Origin: an uncultured bacterium
GTDB taxonomy: Bacteria; Krumholzibacteriota; Krumholzibacteriia; Krumholzibacteriales; Krumholzibacteriaceae
Length of the DNA stretch: 64,000 nucleotides
Assembly: GCA_963786935.1 (NCBI GenBank)
Contig: CAWBAN010000004.1
Coordinates: 32,001 to 96,000, forward strand
Reading direction: 5' to 3'
The notes below the pieces were generated by a model. That model saw nothing but the letters and a program-made list of their open reading frames with translations, was not told the DNA's origin and searched no databases. Positions 48,612-60,600 of the stretch are shown piece after piece (the stretch's first letter is position 1; the number at the start of each line of letters is the position of its first letter). A program made the translations under genes and the position numbers.

Positions 48612-50267
48612 ATGGCAAACGACGAGGCAAAGGGCGCTTCCGCCGCGACGCTCTCGAAAGATGTCGCCGCGAGGGTTATGAAGGCCGCGATCGCCGGCAA
48701 CCGCGTCACGCGGAGCCGCGAGGTCATCAACAATCTCGCGCTCAAGGATTTCACGACGATCGAGTCGCGGGGCACGCCGGACGTTCTCACGAAATACCAT
48801 AATCCGTCCTTCGTCTCGAAGGTCACGAACCGCTCGGCGGCCGTGACGGAAGTGTTCTTCGCCGTTCCCGACGAGCGGCAGAAGAAGATCATCGAGGCCG
48901 CGGGAGAATATCTCGAGAATTCCGGGGTGCAGCTCCTCGTCATGGACAAGCAGATGGGGCTTCATCCTGCTCATGCTCATCACTGCCGCACGATCGTAAC
49001 CGGGAAATACGCGCGGCTCCTCGTCATGTGGGACAAGCTGATCTTCAATCTGCCGGTGGAGGAGGAAGAAAAGGATCCGAGCCAGACGATCATCATGGTC
49101 CCCGAGTGGGGCGACGTGGCGAAAACGCTCGATCTCCCGCCGCGCACGATTCTCTGCGACGCGGTGAACCGCGTGACCTTCGTGCTCGGCACCGACTATT
49201 TCGGGGAGGTCAAGAAGGGGCACCTCCGCATGGCGATGTATCTCGAGAAGACGCGGTTCAAGGAGGGGAAGGGGGGCGGCCTCGGCGTGCACGCCGGCGG
49301 CAAGGTGATCCGCGCCTTCGACGAGAAGGCGAAGAAGCTCGAGGACAAGGGCGCCCTCTTCTTCGGCCTCAGCGGCACGGGGAAGACGACCCTCTCGGTG
49401 CACCACTTCTGGCTCGATCCCGCGAAAAAGGAGACGGTCGTCATCCGGCAGGACGACTTCTTCGTCATGACGGATGACGGGGCGGCCTTCGGCACCGAGG
49501 ACAATGCGTACATCAAGACGGAGGGGCTCGAGCCCGAGGGGCAGCCGCTCCTCTACACCGGGGCGATCAGCCCGTCGGCCATCCTCGAGAACGTCTACAC
49601 CGATCCGAAGACGCTCGACGTCGACTTCTTCCGCTACGACCACGCCTTCGGGGCGAAGGGGAAGTGCCTCAACGGCCGCGGCATCGTCGTGCGGCGCGAG
49701 CTCGATTTCACCGACAACCGGATCGATCTCGATCACGTCGATCTCATCTTCTTCATCACGCGGCGCGACACGATCGTGCCCCCGGCGGCGCGGCTCAATC
49801 CGGAGCAGGCCGCGGCGTTCTTCATGCTCGGCGAGTCGATCATCACCTCGGCCGCCGATCCGACGAAGGCGGGGCAGTCGGTGCGCGAGGTCGGGACGAA
49901 TCCGTTCATCGTGGGCTCCGAGGGGGAGGAGGGAAACCTCTTCTACCGGATCATCAAAGCGAATCCGAAGGTGCAGTGCTTCCTCCTCAACACGGGGGCG
50001 TTCGGCGGGCAGAAGATCAAGATCCAGGACTCCGCGGCGTTCATCCGCGAGATCGCGCGCTCGCGCGTCGAGTGGCGCAGGGACGAGACGTGGGGGTACG
50101 AGGTGCCCGCGTCGGTGCCCGGCGTGGACCTCGGCCGGTACGACGCGCGCCGCTTCTACAAGCCCGAGGAGATCGCGGCGTTCACCGAGACGCTGCGCGC
50201 CGAGCGCGTCGCGTGGCTCGCCAAGTTCAAGGATCTCGATCCCGTCATCGCGGGTGCCGTGAAGTAG
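48612..50267 (+). CDS. pckA: Phosphoenolpyruvate carboxykinase (ATP)
   Basis: GTDYFGEVKKG, H.G, FFGLSGTGKTTLS, QDD, ENV, NGR, LLNTG. Confidence 0.9.
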   Translation: MANDEAKGASAATLSKDVAARVMKAAIAGNRVTRSREVINNLALKDFTTIESRGTPDVLTKYHNPSFVSKVTNRSAAVTEVFFAVPDERQKKIIEAAGEYLENSGVQLLVMDKQMGLHPAHAHHCRTIVTGKYARLLVMWDKLIFNLPVEEEEKDPSQTIIMVPEWGDVAKTLDLPPRTILCDAVNRVTFVLGTDYFGEVKKGHLRMAMYLEKTRFKEGKGGGLGVHAGGKVIRAFDEKAKKLEDKGALFFGLSGTGKTTLSVHHFWLDPAKKETVVIRQDDFFVMTDDGAAFGTEDNAYIKTEGLEPEGQPLLYTGAISPSAILENVYTDPKTLDVDFFRYDHAFGAKGKCLNGRGIVVRRELDFTDNRIDLDHVDLIFFITRRDTIVPPAARLNPEQAAAFFMLGESIITSAADPTKAGQSVREVGTNPFIVGSEGEEGNLFYRIIKANPKVQCFLLNTGAFGGQKIKIQDSAAFIREIARSRVEWRRDETWGYEVPASVPGVDLGRYDARRFYKPEEIAAFTETLRAERVAWLAKFKDLDPVIAGAVK

Positions 50268-50328
50268 CGCGGGGCGCGTGCTCGCGCCGACCCGCAACGC
50301 GGGTCCTGGTACTGATTGCACCCCGCGA

Positions 50329-53300
50329 TCATCGAACAATGACGAGCTTGCGCGTGATCTCCCTGCCGCATGCCTGAAGCCTCAGGAAATAGATCCCCGA
50401 TGCGACCCTGCCGCGCGGCCCGCTGCCGTCCCATCCGATTCGGTTGCGCCCCGCCTGGTACCATGCGTCGGCGAGGACTGCTATGCGCCGGCCGGTCACG
50501 TCGAAAATCGTCAGCTGCACGCGCGACGCCCGCGGGAGGATGAGGTCGAAAATCCCCACCTCGCTGAATGGCTGCGCCGACTGGATCTCGAAGGAAAGTG
50601 CGTTCGCGACGTTATTCTCAACCGCGGTCATCACGACGATGGCGGAAGCGGAATCGCTCGCGTCGAAAGCGGTATTTCCGTCGGCATCGTACGCGACGAC
50701 CTTTAGAAACGCCACTTTTGTTTCGGGCCCTTTGACATCCCATGCGAAGGAACCGGCGTTCTCCAATCCCGTGGCGAGCTCGTTATACGGTCCGTCTGGA
50801 CCCGTATTCGAGAAGAAGAGGTCCACCGACGTTACGCCGCCGTCGTCGGTCGCCGTCCACCGCACATCGGTCTTGGTGCCCACGAGGAACTCCTCGCCGC
50901 CCGCGGGAGCGATCATCCGGACCTGCGGCGGATCGCTGCGCGTCGTGAACCGGCATACCGGCCCGGTCGTCGTCGTTTTGCCGTCGCTCACCGTGACGTA
51001 CCATTGGTACTGCGTTAGAGGGCTCAGGATGGACCAATTCACGCTGCAGCTCGAACCCGAAGGAACGCCTGTCATTGTTCCGAGCGCCACCCATCCGCCA
51101 AGCGGCGCCAGGTCGGTATCTAAGGTGAACTGGTGAGTGGAATCGGCATCCACGAGGAATTGGCCGAGCGTCGGCGAGTAAGTCTTGACCCGTATCACGT
51201 CTTCATCGGGGTAGAGGGTCATGATGCGGAGGTAGCCGTTCCCGCCGTGTCCCGCGCCGGAGTAATCGGACATCACCGTATTGGTTCTTTGACCATGGTA
51301 GATGTCGTACCGGCGCCCCACGCCCGCATGTCCGGCGAGCATCAGGCAGAGATTCGGGTTGTCTTTGAGGGCATCATAGATCACCCGGCCCTGTTCGCTG
51401 AACAAGTCGGGGTCGCCGGCGTAGAGCAAGCTATGGCTGCAGATGATCCCTCTCCGCCCCGGGTGGGTCTTGAGGAGACTGTCCGCCCATTTGAGCACCT
51501 CTGCGCCCGGCACCGCGGCATTGTACTCGATGCTGATGACGATGAAATCCAGGTTGCTCGCGCTGAAGAGCTGGAAGTGACTGTCGTTGTTCGAGCCGAA
51601 GTGGCCCCCGTAGTAAGGCCGTTCCGCGAAGTGCCCGACGCCGAAAAACTCATTATAGTAGGTCGTGGTGCCCGCCGGGTTGTCCTTCGGCGTCTGATCA
51701 TGGTTGCCGACGCTCACGTCGTATGGAAGCCCTTCGGCGAGGCCCGTCGTCTCCGGATCCTCGAGGGAGCTCATCGCCGACCAGGCGCGCTCCCACTCGA
51801 TGCGATACGTATCGCCGTTCTCCGAGCAGTCGCCGACCTGATGAGCGTAAACGATATGGTACTGGGGAATATTGTTTACGATCCATTGAGTCTGTGCCTG
51901 GAAGCTGGCGAGCGTCCCTCCGAAGGTTTCCGACGTGTAATATTGGGCGTCAGGCAGCACGATCAGCGAAAACGGAGGTCGCTCAGTGACGTTGAATGGT
52001 TTGCCGTAGAAGGTGACGGTGAGAGAATCATTGCCAAGGTCGAGAACCGTCGCCTCGAGATTGGGAGTAATGGATACGCCGGTGGCGCCGTTCGACGGCG
52101 CGACGAGGATCGGCGGCAACGGCGCATTGTCGATGTCGAGGTTGAACGGCGTCGGATCGGTCCAGTTCCAGCCGCTCCGCATGATCGTGCCCGCTATCGC
52201 CGTCCCGGCCGAGCCGTGGACGGTTTTTCCTGCGCCTTCATCGAGGCCCCAACGTGCGACGAGGCCTTGCTGTCGAGCGGTGATCCGCTCATTGATCGTC
52301 GTTTGTATCTGGAACTGATCGCGCGCGTAGTCCCATATGCGCACCTCATCGAGCGAACCGTGGAACGAGCCCGCATACGCCCCCGTTGAGGTGAGTGACG
52401 TCGCGAGCGCAACGGGCTGGATGCTCTGCCACTGAGGCATCGCGCCGACGACGTATTCGTTCTCGAGCAGTCCGTTGAGGTAGAGGCGCCACGTCGTGCC
52501 GTCGTACGTCGCAGCGGCGTGATGCCAAATGCCGTACCGGATGCGCGTCATGCCGGCGATGGCGTGGTTCTCGCCGGAGGAGATTTCTTCGAAATCGGCG
52601 CAAAGGACGCTGTCCGCCGGTCTAATCCCGAGAAAATAGTTTATGTCGCGCGTGTCGCCTTCGCCCTCGCGCGAGCCTTTCGTGACGAGAGGCACGGCGA
52701 TCACGCCATCGGTGCCCGTATTGGTCGTCACGCCGGCCGCGTCGCGTTTGAACCAGGTCTCTATGGTGAACTGCGCAAGTGCGAGCTCCGGCGGATTTCC
52801 GAAGGTGACGTACGCGCTCGAGACCCCGAAGTTCAGGGCATTCGACAAGACGAGCAGGGAGTCGGCCACCCAGGCCGGTCCCCCCGTCAAGGTGCCGTCC
52901 GGACTTCCCGTGACCGAATTTGCTGCGGTGATTCCCTCCCCGTCATTCAAACCCCACCGGGCGACGAGCCCCGGAGCGGCGTCGAGTTCGAGCCCAAGGC
53001 TGTCGGCAATTGCCTGCCGCGTTCGGGCGCGATTCCAGATCCGTGCTTCATCGATTATCCCTTGGAAACATCCTGCGGCCGCGGCGCCCGAATTCAACGC
53101 GGTGGCAAGCCCCGCGTACTGTCCGCTGTCCCAACGGGGAAGCCGCCCCGATAATCCGGGGATTCTGGCCTCGAGATTGCCGTTGAGATAGAGCTCCAGC
53201 GTATCCCCGTCGAACGTGACCGCCGCATGGTACCAGGTGTTAATGCGAATGGGGGTGACGCCGATGACAGGATGATTCAAGCCGGGCTGCAGCTGAAGGC

Positions 53301-53736
53301 GCCCTTCTTCATAATCGGCCACGAGCACATTGGTGCTCCCCTTGATGCCAAGGAAGTAGTTCATGTCGCGCGTATCGCCTTCAGCCTCGTCGCACCCCTT
53401 CGTGAGCAGTGGGACCGCAGTCACACCGTCGACTCCGGTCGTCGTCGCGACGCCGGGGCCCTCGCGGTAGAACCACAATTCGAGCGTAAACGTATTGAGG
53501 CCGAGATAGGTCGTATCGGGGCCGAAGCTTACATAATCGCCCGGGCCGGCAAATCTCAACCCCGTCTGAGCGGCCGCCGGCATCGCGGAGACCCAAACAA
53601 GCAGGGCGCCGAGAAGAACTCCGCTCCCCGAGAATCGAAATGACACAGGAGATCTGCTCACCGGTGAATCTCCGCGCAATGTCGTTGCGCGCCCGGACAA
53701 TGTCCCGCCGCATACGATGAAAAAAACCGTGCTCAA
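50329..53736 (-). CDS. Exported protein: 2x LamG-like + calcineurin-like metallophosphoesterase + Ig-like + FlgD-Ig C-terminal domain
   Basis: Duplicated FT.E.WF...W.HAA.T.DG....LYLNG...G..DE.RIW. Phosphoesterase motifs D.Q, GD, GNHD, H and GH. C-terminus IFDVTGRR...WDG...VASGIYF...KLVIVR. Start uncertain. Confidence 0.85.
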   Translation of the reverse strand: MSTVFFIVCGGTLSGRATTLRGDSPVSRSPVSFRFSGSGVLLGALLVWVSAMPAAAQTGLRFAGPGDYVSFGPDTTYLGLNTFTLELWFYREGPGVATTTGVDGVTAVPLLTKGCDEAEGDTRDMNYFLGIKGSTNVLVADYEEGRLQLQPGLNHPVIGVTPIRINTWYHAAVTFDGDTLELYLNGNLEARIPGLSGRLPRWDSGQYAGLATALNSGAAAAGCFQGIIDEARIWNRARTRQAIADSLGLELDAAPGLVARWGLNDGEGITAANSVTGSPDGTLTGGPAWVADSLLVLSNALNFGVSSAYVTFGNPPELALAQFTIETWFKRDAAGVTTNTGTDGVIAVPLVTKGSREGEGDTRDINYFLGIRPADSVLCADFEEISSGENHAIAGMTRIRYGIWHHAAATYDGTTWRLYLNGLLENEYVVGAMPQWQSIQPVALATSLTSTGAYAGSFHGSLDEVRIWDYARDQFQIQTTINERITARQQGLVARWGLDEGAGKTVHGSAGTAIAGTIMRSGWNWTDPTPFNLDIDNAPLPPILVAPSNGATGVSITPNLEATVLDLGNDSLTVTFYGKPFNVTERPPFSLIVLPDAQYYTSETFGGTLASFQAQTQWIVNNIPQYHIVYAHQVGDCSENGDTYRIEWERAWSAMSSLEDPETTGLAEGLPYDVSVGNHDQTPKDNPAGTTTYYNEFFGVGHFAERPYYGGHFGSNNDSHFQLFSASNLDFIVISIEYNAAVPGAEVLKWADSLLKTHPGRRGIICSHSLLYAGDPDLFSEQGRVIYDALKDNPNLCLMLAGHAGVGRRYDIYHGQRTNTVMSDYSGAGHGGNGYLRIMTLYPDEDVIRVKTYSPTLGQFLVDADSTHQFTLDTDLAPLGGWVALGTMTGVPSGSSCSVNWSILSPLTQYQWYVTVSDGKTTTTGPVCRFTTRSDPPQVRMIAPAGGEEFLVGTKTDVRWTATDDGGVTSVDLFFSNTGPDGPYNELATGLENAGSFAWDVKGPETKVAFLKVVAYDADGNTAFDASDSASAIVVMTAVENNVANALSFEIQSAQPFSEVGIFDLILPRASRVQLTIFDVTGRRIAVLADAWYQAGRNRIGWDGSGPRGRVASGIYFLRLQACGREITRKLVIVR

Positions 53737-53869
53737 CCCTCAGGCACGGTCCTTCGCGAATCCGAATCCTCGCCCTATGACAATAATGATCATATCATAT
53801 CTTGCCGCTCGGCGATAGCATCGGACGAGCATTCGCGCTTGACGACAAGACAATCCTCGCACGTATCGC

Positions 53870-53965
53870 CAGATAAAAGCGAGTGGCGCAGAAGCAGGCG
53901 CATACGATGGGCGAAGCTCATTCGGCAGGTCTGGCAGGAAGATCCGCTGTTGTGCCTTCGGCACA
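53870..53965 (+). mobile_element. Remnant resembling the C-terminus of an IS91-like (Y2) transposase
   Basis: Translates RWAKLIRQVWQEDPLLC, matching the recalled WA.LI..V.E.DPL.C motif. The second Cys and the rest of the gene are absent. Confidence 0.55.
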
Positions 53966-54234
53966 TCGGGTTCAAACACGCCGACACACCGCCTCCGCGC
54001 TATCATCCTCCGCCCCAGCTTTGCCGGTCGCCTCTCGGGTGAGCCGGCAGCTCCGCGCATATGGCCTCAATGTCCCCTCCGTGCCGCTCGAAGCGTGCCC
54101 GGAATCGCGTCGAGCCACCCCAACCAACCGCCGCACAAGCTACACAAGAAGGTTGACGCGAAATCAAACTTCCCAACATAGAATATTTTGCCACCTGCTG
54201 GTTCGGTCAGGTCCTCAAACCGGAGGAGGAGATC

Positions 54235-55540
54235 ATGAAGAGGCACCTGCTTCTCCCCGTCCTGTGCTTTTTCCCACTGTTGTTGATCGCGTGTTCGGAG
54301 GACCGGGTCGTCGCACCCGTGTCCGGCGGGCAGGCGCCGGCGCAGGTCACTGCCGACCCGGCCGACATGGCCCGGGCGATCCTGGCCGGAACGGGCTGGC
54401 CGGAGGAACCCGGAAGCTACCTCCTCCCCGCGAGCGCCGCGGTCGGAAGCCCCGTCCAGACCAACTGCATCGCCTCCAGTGACCGCCAGGTGATCACGGG
54501 GGACATTGTCCACTACAAGTAACCGCCTGCGGGTGGGCTGCGGGCCCTACAACGTCATCGGCCTGCACCGCGTGGTACGCGAACGTCGTCCGAACCAGCC
54601 GGCGCGCACGAACAGCAGCGTGTTCCTGATCCACGGCGACTGGAAGGATTTCGAAGGGTGCTTCCTGCCCGGCGTAAACTCGCCCGGCATTCCCATGGAG
54701 CATGCCTTCGCGGTATTCCTGGCGCAGCGCGACATCGACGTCTGGGGAATCGACCAAGCCTGGGCTCTGGTGCCCGAAGCGGTGACCGACTTCTCGTTCA
54801 TGGCCGGCTGGGGCATGGATCAGCACGTCCGTTGGGCCGGCACCGCGGTGGAAGTTGCCCGGATCGTGCGGGCGCTGACCGGTAACGGTTACCAGAGGAT
54901 GAACCTTCTGGGCTACAGCGGCGGCAGCCCGATCGGGCTGGCGCTGATCAACAACGAGGCCGTCCTGCCCCCGGCGCAGCGGAAGATCAACGGGTTCATC
55001 GGGGTGGACCAGGGTGCGCTCACCAGCGATCCCGCCTGGGGCGAAGCGATGTGCGCGTTCTCCGCATCGTACCAGTCTCTCATCGATGCCGGGCAGTTCC
55101 AGGACAACATCGTGTTCTGTTACCTCGGCATCCCGGCGATTCAGGCGCCCGACGATCCGTCCGAGATCTTTCCCGGGCTGACCAACATCCAGGCCGCCCT
55201 GGCGTTCGGAGCAACGCCGCTCATCCCCGGCTTCCCGTGCCACTTCCTGGCCGGTGTGTTCCCCGACCCCGACGGACTGCCCACGGGATTGCGGTACACG
55301 AACGTCGATTACTTCCTGGACTTCATGGCCACGGCTCCGTTCTACGAAGCCGCGGTCTACGAGCGGGACGAGTACTTGTGGACCTGTTCTTCGGGCGGGG
55401 ACGTGCCCTGGGATGACAACTTCGCGCAGGTGCGGGTGCCGGTGCTCTATGTCAAGGCCGGCGGAGGGTTCGGGGAGTTCTGGCAGCATACGCTCGACGC
55501 CCTCGGCAGCTGCGACATTCCGACGTGCAGGGCGGAGTGA
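54235..55540 (+). CDS. Alpha/beta-hydrolase lipoprotein (+1 frameshift at about 54520; possibly 3'-truncated)
   Basis: GGAGGAG SD, lipobox LIAC, FLIHG, DVWGID, nucleophile elbow GYSGG, VRVPVLYV. It ends soon after without an evident catalytic His. Confidence 0.7.
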
Positions 55541-55733
55541 TCGCGGTGAGGGGCGAGGACTAGGAAGCTCCTGCGCCCCGGCGCCCGGGGGCGGGATGCC
55601 GCCCCTCCGGGTGGATGGTCGTGGAACGCCAGCCCTGGAGAGTTACGGTTCGCCGCTGAATGGACCCGGGGCCCCCTGGAAGCTCGAGCCGTGAGGGTGC
55701 AATCGGCGGCAGGACCCGCGTTGCGAACTGCCG

Positions 55734-57536
55734 CTATTTCTCTTTCTCCAGCTGCTGCAGGGCGGCGCGGCCGCCGGCGTTTCCCGGGTTGAGCTCGACA
55801 GACTTGCGATAGCTTTCGATCGCGCGCTCCTTCCGGCCCGCCTTGGCCAGGCATTCCCCGAGGCTGTCGTAGGCGTTCCATGAATCCGGATAGAGCTCGG
55901 CCCCCTTCTCGAATACGTACACGGCGGCTTCGAGCTTGTTCTCCTGCATCAGCCGGTACCCGAGGGCGTTGAAGTCGGCCTCGTCGAACACGGGGCCGCC
56001 CTTGTCGCGCCGCGCGAGCAGCTCCTTGAGAGCTTTGTCCGCCGCGGGAATCCCGCCGCCTTCGAGCTCCTTGCCCACGACGTCCGCGGCGGAGCCCGAC
56101 TTCGCTTTTCGAACCGCCGTCTTCGCCGTCTCGATCTGCGACAGCTCATAGGAGAACATCGGCTCGAACTTCTCGCCTTCTTTCAGGGATGCCTCGGCCG
56201 CGGCGACGTTCCCCGAGCCGAGATACGCCTGGGCAAGCATGGCATAGACGGCGGCAAGCGGGGGAAACTCTTCCCGGCATGCCCGCAGAAGCCCGATCGC
56301 CTCGGCGTACTGCTTGGTTCCGATGTACTGGCCGGCCAGTTGCATGGCCTCGTCGATGCCGAAGAATGAGGCGTCGCCTCCCTTCGCGCGCGCTTGCTTG
56401 AGCCCCGCGATCGCCGCTTCGACGCCCTTTTCCTTCGCGTCGCGCGCGTACTGGTTCACGAGCGAGATTCTGAGATTCCGCAGGCTGGCCGCCTCATCCT
56501 GCGGCGCGGGAGCTCCCTTCTCCAGAAGCTGCAGGGCGAATTCCAGCACCCGGTCGTTCCCCGCGGCGATATCCTCGGGCGTGTTCACGATTCGCAGGTC
56601 GGGAGGCACGCCGATTCCGTCCCAGCAGACGCCGTTCAAGTCCCGCATGACCTTGAAGGCGATCCACAGGGTCCAGCCGTTCGGCATCTTGTCCGGGAAC
56701 TGCGCCGAGAGGGCACCCTCGGTGAGATCCCCGACGACGGTGACGCGGGGAAGCACGCGCATTGCCAGCGTGAAGATATCGGCGCTGCTCGCGCTGAAGC
56801 GGTGCGTGAGAAGGATCGTGGGCCCCGTGAACTGCGCCGGGCCTCCGGGCTCGACGTAGCGGTATTCCGCCGGCCACAGGTCGTCATGCTTGCGGCCATA
56901 GCGTGTCTGCGTCTGCATATAGTGCCGCTTGCGGTCGGCGAACCGGTTCGCGACGAACTCTTCCGTTTTGCCCGAGCCTCCCGGGTTGCCGCGCACGTCG
57001 ACGATCATGGCCCGGGCGCCGGCGAGCTTCGCGAGGGCCGCATCGAGCGCCTGCGTCGTCGTCCCGGCGCCTGCCTTGAAGTGGCTGAAATGCATGTAGC
57101 CGATCCCGTCGGCGAGCCAGCCGTAGGTGAAGCTCCCCTTGAGCGTGTCCGCGGCGCCCCCCTTCAGGTATTTCGACCTCACGAGATCCAGGGAGAAATC
57201 GTCGGGCACGCGGGCGTCCTGCACCCCGCCGCAGTTGCGCCGCTTCTCGTCGGCCAGGCACACGTGGTTGTCGTTCAGGTTCCGTATCATGTCGAGAATG
57301 ATGTTCCACAGCTCCTCGTCGGTAGTCGCCGCGGTGACCTGCGGCCGGTAGACGCGATACAGGGCGTCCCAGTCGACGTTCTTGACGCCGAACTGGGCGT
57401 AATTCCTGTCGAGGCTCTTCCATGCATACTCGAAGTTCAGGACGGGATCGCGGGGATTCTCGGGCCCCGCGGGGGCAGCCGAGGCGGTCGACGCAAGAAG
57501 TCCGATGGCGACGAGAAGAACGAGAAGGCGTCTCAT
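55734..57536 (-). CDS. S41-family peptidase with C-terminal TPRs
   Basis: Own SD (AAAGGAG) and signal peptide MRRLLVLL. IGYMHFSHF, DVRGNPGG, SASSADIF, VVG..T.G, GIGVPPD, TPR NAYDSLGE. Confidence 0.9.
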   Translation of the reverse strand: MRRLLVLLVAIGLLASTASAAPAGPENPRDPVLNFEYAWKSLDRNYAQFGVKNVDWDALYRVYRPQVTAATTDEELWNIILDMIRNLNDNHVCLADEKRRNCGGVQDARVPDDFSLDLVRSKYLKGGAADTLKGSFTYGWLADGIGYMHFSHFKAGAGTTTQALDAALAKLAGARAMIVDVRGNPGGSGKTEEFVANRFADRKRHYMQTQTRYGRKHDDLWPAEYRYVEPGGPAQFTGPTILLTHRFSASSADIFTLAMRVLPRVTVVGDLTEGALSAQFPDKMPNGWTLWIAFKVMRDLNGVCWDGIGVPPDLRIVNTPEDIAAGNDRVLEFALQLLEKGAPAPQDEAASLRNLRISLVNQYARDAKEKGVEAAIAGLKQARAKGGDASFFGIDEAMQLAGQYIGTKQYAEAIGLLRACREEFPPLAAVYAMLAQAYLGSGNVAAAEASLKEGEKFEPMFSYELSQIETAKTAVRKAKSGSAADVVGKELEGGGIPAADKALKELLARRDKGGPVFDEADFNALGYRLMQENKLEAAVYVFEKGAELYPDSWNAYDSLGECLAKAGRKERAIESYRKSVELNPGNAGGRAALQQLEKEK

Positions 57537-57667
57537 GAGCCGGCTCCTTTCACGAACGGGGATCGGCAGCGACATGGAGTCCGCATATCCAGGTGGGGGA
57601 CAGAGGCATCCATACTGTTTTCGAATATACGTTGAGCCGATGGATTTGTTGCCTGTGCGCGCGGTGG

Positions 57668-60600
57668 TTAGAAGAGCCGGCTGAATCCGATCGTCCAGCG
57701 GAAGTCCCACTGGTTCTGCTCGCCCACGAGCTCGGGTTTGCTCAGGTAGACCGGGAACTCCGCCGTGATCTTCCAGAGGCTCACGCTCACCCCGGCTCCC
57801 GAGAAGACCGAATCGAACGAGTTCTCGTCGAGCCCCGCGCGATCCCCCGGGGGAACCCCCTCGAGCTTGTGCTCGTCGAGGACCTTTCCCCAGTCGACGA
57901 ACAGGCTGAACCGCGGATCGAGCATGCGCGAGGTCTTGCGGCTCATGGGAACGGGGAACGGAAAGAGGACTTCGAGGTTCGCGGCGAGCACGCGCTTGAA
58001 CGCGAACATCGCGTCGTAGTAGCCGCGCACGTTCGCGTCCCCCGCGACGTGGAAGTTGTTGTAGTAATCCTTCGGCCACGCGCCGACGCTTCGCAGCCAG
58101 AAGTAGCGCTCCTTCGCCAGGGTGTTGGCGCCGGCGAGGCTGAACCGCTCCTGGAGCGGCGGATCGTTCGACGCCCAGCCGGCGAAGAGGCGCACGTTCG
58201 GCTTGACCGGGTACGGCCACCGTATCGCGGGCCAGAGCTTGGCGGCGACGATGAACTTCTCGAAGTTGAAATTGCTCCCCCAGATCGAGCGATCGTACGA
58301 GAGGAGGAGCGACGAGGCGTAGACGTCGGTCTTCGGGGAGAACTCGAGGCGGATGTTGCCGGTGATGTCGCGCCCCATCTCGTAGGTATAGGGGAACACG
58401 TACGTCGTGTCGTCGATCTCCCGGTACGTGAGGCCGAGGGTGAGGCGCTTCGCGAGGGGATCGAAGAGGGACGTCCGGCGAATCTTCCCGAGCAGGAGAG
58501 AGGCGCCTCGCCTGCCCTCGCGCTTGTACAGCTCGGCCGAGACCGTCGCGTCCTTGCCGAGGTAGCGGAAGGGGGTGTCGTACGCCGCGAAGAAATCGAA
58601 TTTTCCGCTTTCGAAGCCGTAGAGCCCCTGCAGGGTGAATTTCTTGTAGTAATTGTCGTAGCTGCCGCGGATGCGGAGACCCGCCTTGCCGCCGTCGACG
58701 TCGTTGTAGTAGCCGATCGGGAGTATCCGGTACTGGTATGAATCCCCCGGGTAGTACGTGTTGAACGGCACGTCGAGCGCGAGGCTCTTGCGGCGCGGGT
58801 AGTAGTTGTCGAGCCGGTACACGTCGAGAATCTCGTTCTCGGGATTGATCGCGGCCGAAACCGGCTTCGAATCGAACGTGAGGCTCCGCTCGATCGTCCG
58901 CGGAGCGCCGTCGAGCCGCTCGACGACCGTGTTTCCGTTCTTCAGGCGAAGGGCGAGAGCGATCGGCATGATGAGCTCGCCCGTGCGCTCGATCGTGACG
59001 TCCGCCGTGTAACCGGTCGACGCCGGCTTCACCTTGAAGCGGGAGAGCGTGTAGTCGCACTGCTTCGTCGTGTGGAGCCACTGCTTGAAGAAGTCGTCGA
59101 GCTTCATGCCGGAGACTTCCTCGCACACCGACCGGAACGCCTCCTCGTCGACGTGCTTGAACTGCCAGCGCTCGACGTACGTCCGGATGATCGCTCGGAA
59201 GCTCTCGTCGCCGACCGTGTAACGGAGCGCCCTGAGGAAGAGCGGCGCGCCCACGTACGGCCACGTGCTGAAACCGTTCTTGTACTCGTGCGCCGGCGTG
59301 GAGATGCGCTCCGCCCAGCCGCTGCGGTGGAGATTGATGATGCTCCTGCCGAGCCCGTCCCACATGCGCTGCTGGGGGAACAGGGAGTACGGGAACGAGC
59401 GCTCGTCGATCTTGCCGAGGGGGCCGTACACCTCCTCGGCGTTCCAGAACGTGGCGTACGCCGCGAAGCCCTCGTCGAGCCACGCCTCGGCGCGCTCGTC
59501 GTTCGCGAGGATCGCGTAGAAATAGTTGTGGGCGAGCTCGTGGACGACGAGCCCCTCGTCGGCCGAGCCGTTCATCGCGAGCATCGGGTATTCCATGCCG
59601 CCCCGCATCGGGCAGTCGACGATGCTGACCTGCGGATAGGGATAGGGCCCCGCGTTGCGCTCGAGCCACCGCATCGCGCGCATTCCCCGCGCGAGGGTCG
59701 TGTCCGCCCACGTGCGGCGATTCCAGGGATTGAAGAAGCTCATGATGCGGTAGCCGTTGTAGAGCGTGTCCTGGACCATGAAGCTCGGGGAGGCGACCCA
59801 CGCGAAATCGTGGACCCGCTCCGCGCGGAACCGCACCGTCTTCATGCTGTCGGGCTTGCCGGCGTCCTCCGCCGCGGCTGACGCGCCGGGATGGCCGCCG
59901 GGATGTCCGCCGGAGGGCGTTCCGCCCGGATGTGCCGCCGCCGCGCCGCAGCGGATTCTTCTTCCAGCCGGCGTCCCCCTCGACCGGCACGCCGGTCGCC
60001 GCGAGGACGTACTTCGCCGGCAGCGTGATCGACACGTCGAAGGTTCCGAATTCGCCGTAAAATTCTCCCATCCGGTACTGGTCCGGATGCCAGCCGTCCC
60101 TGTCGTATACGGCGATCTTGGGATACCACTGGGCGACGTTGAACTGGTCGCCGGAATATCCCGAGCGTCCGAGAAGGGGCCCGATCTTTTCCTCGAACGT
60201 CATTTCGATCGTCGCCGGCCGGCCGGGGGGGATCGGCTCGGCGAGGGTCGCCGTGAGAATCGTCCCGTCGACGGTGAACTGCGCGACATCTCCGTCGATC
60301 TTGAGGTCCTTCACGTCGAGCCACGCGCGCATCGACTCCGGAAGCCCCACGATAAAGCGATACGTTCCCTGCATATAATCCTGGATGAGCGGGGAGACCT
60401 TCTCGCGGAAGGCGTTCGGATAGAGGTGCAGGTGTATGACGGTGAGCGTGTCGGGGGAATTGTTCTTGTAGTCTATCGTCTCGGAGCCCGTCAGCATATG
60501 GTTCTTCGCGTCGAGGGACGCCTTGATCGTGTAGTTCGCCTCCTGCTGCCAGTAGCCGACGCTGTCCCCCTGCGCGCGGGCCGCGCCCGCGGCGGTCAGC

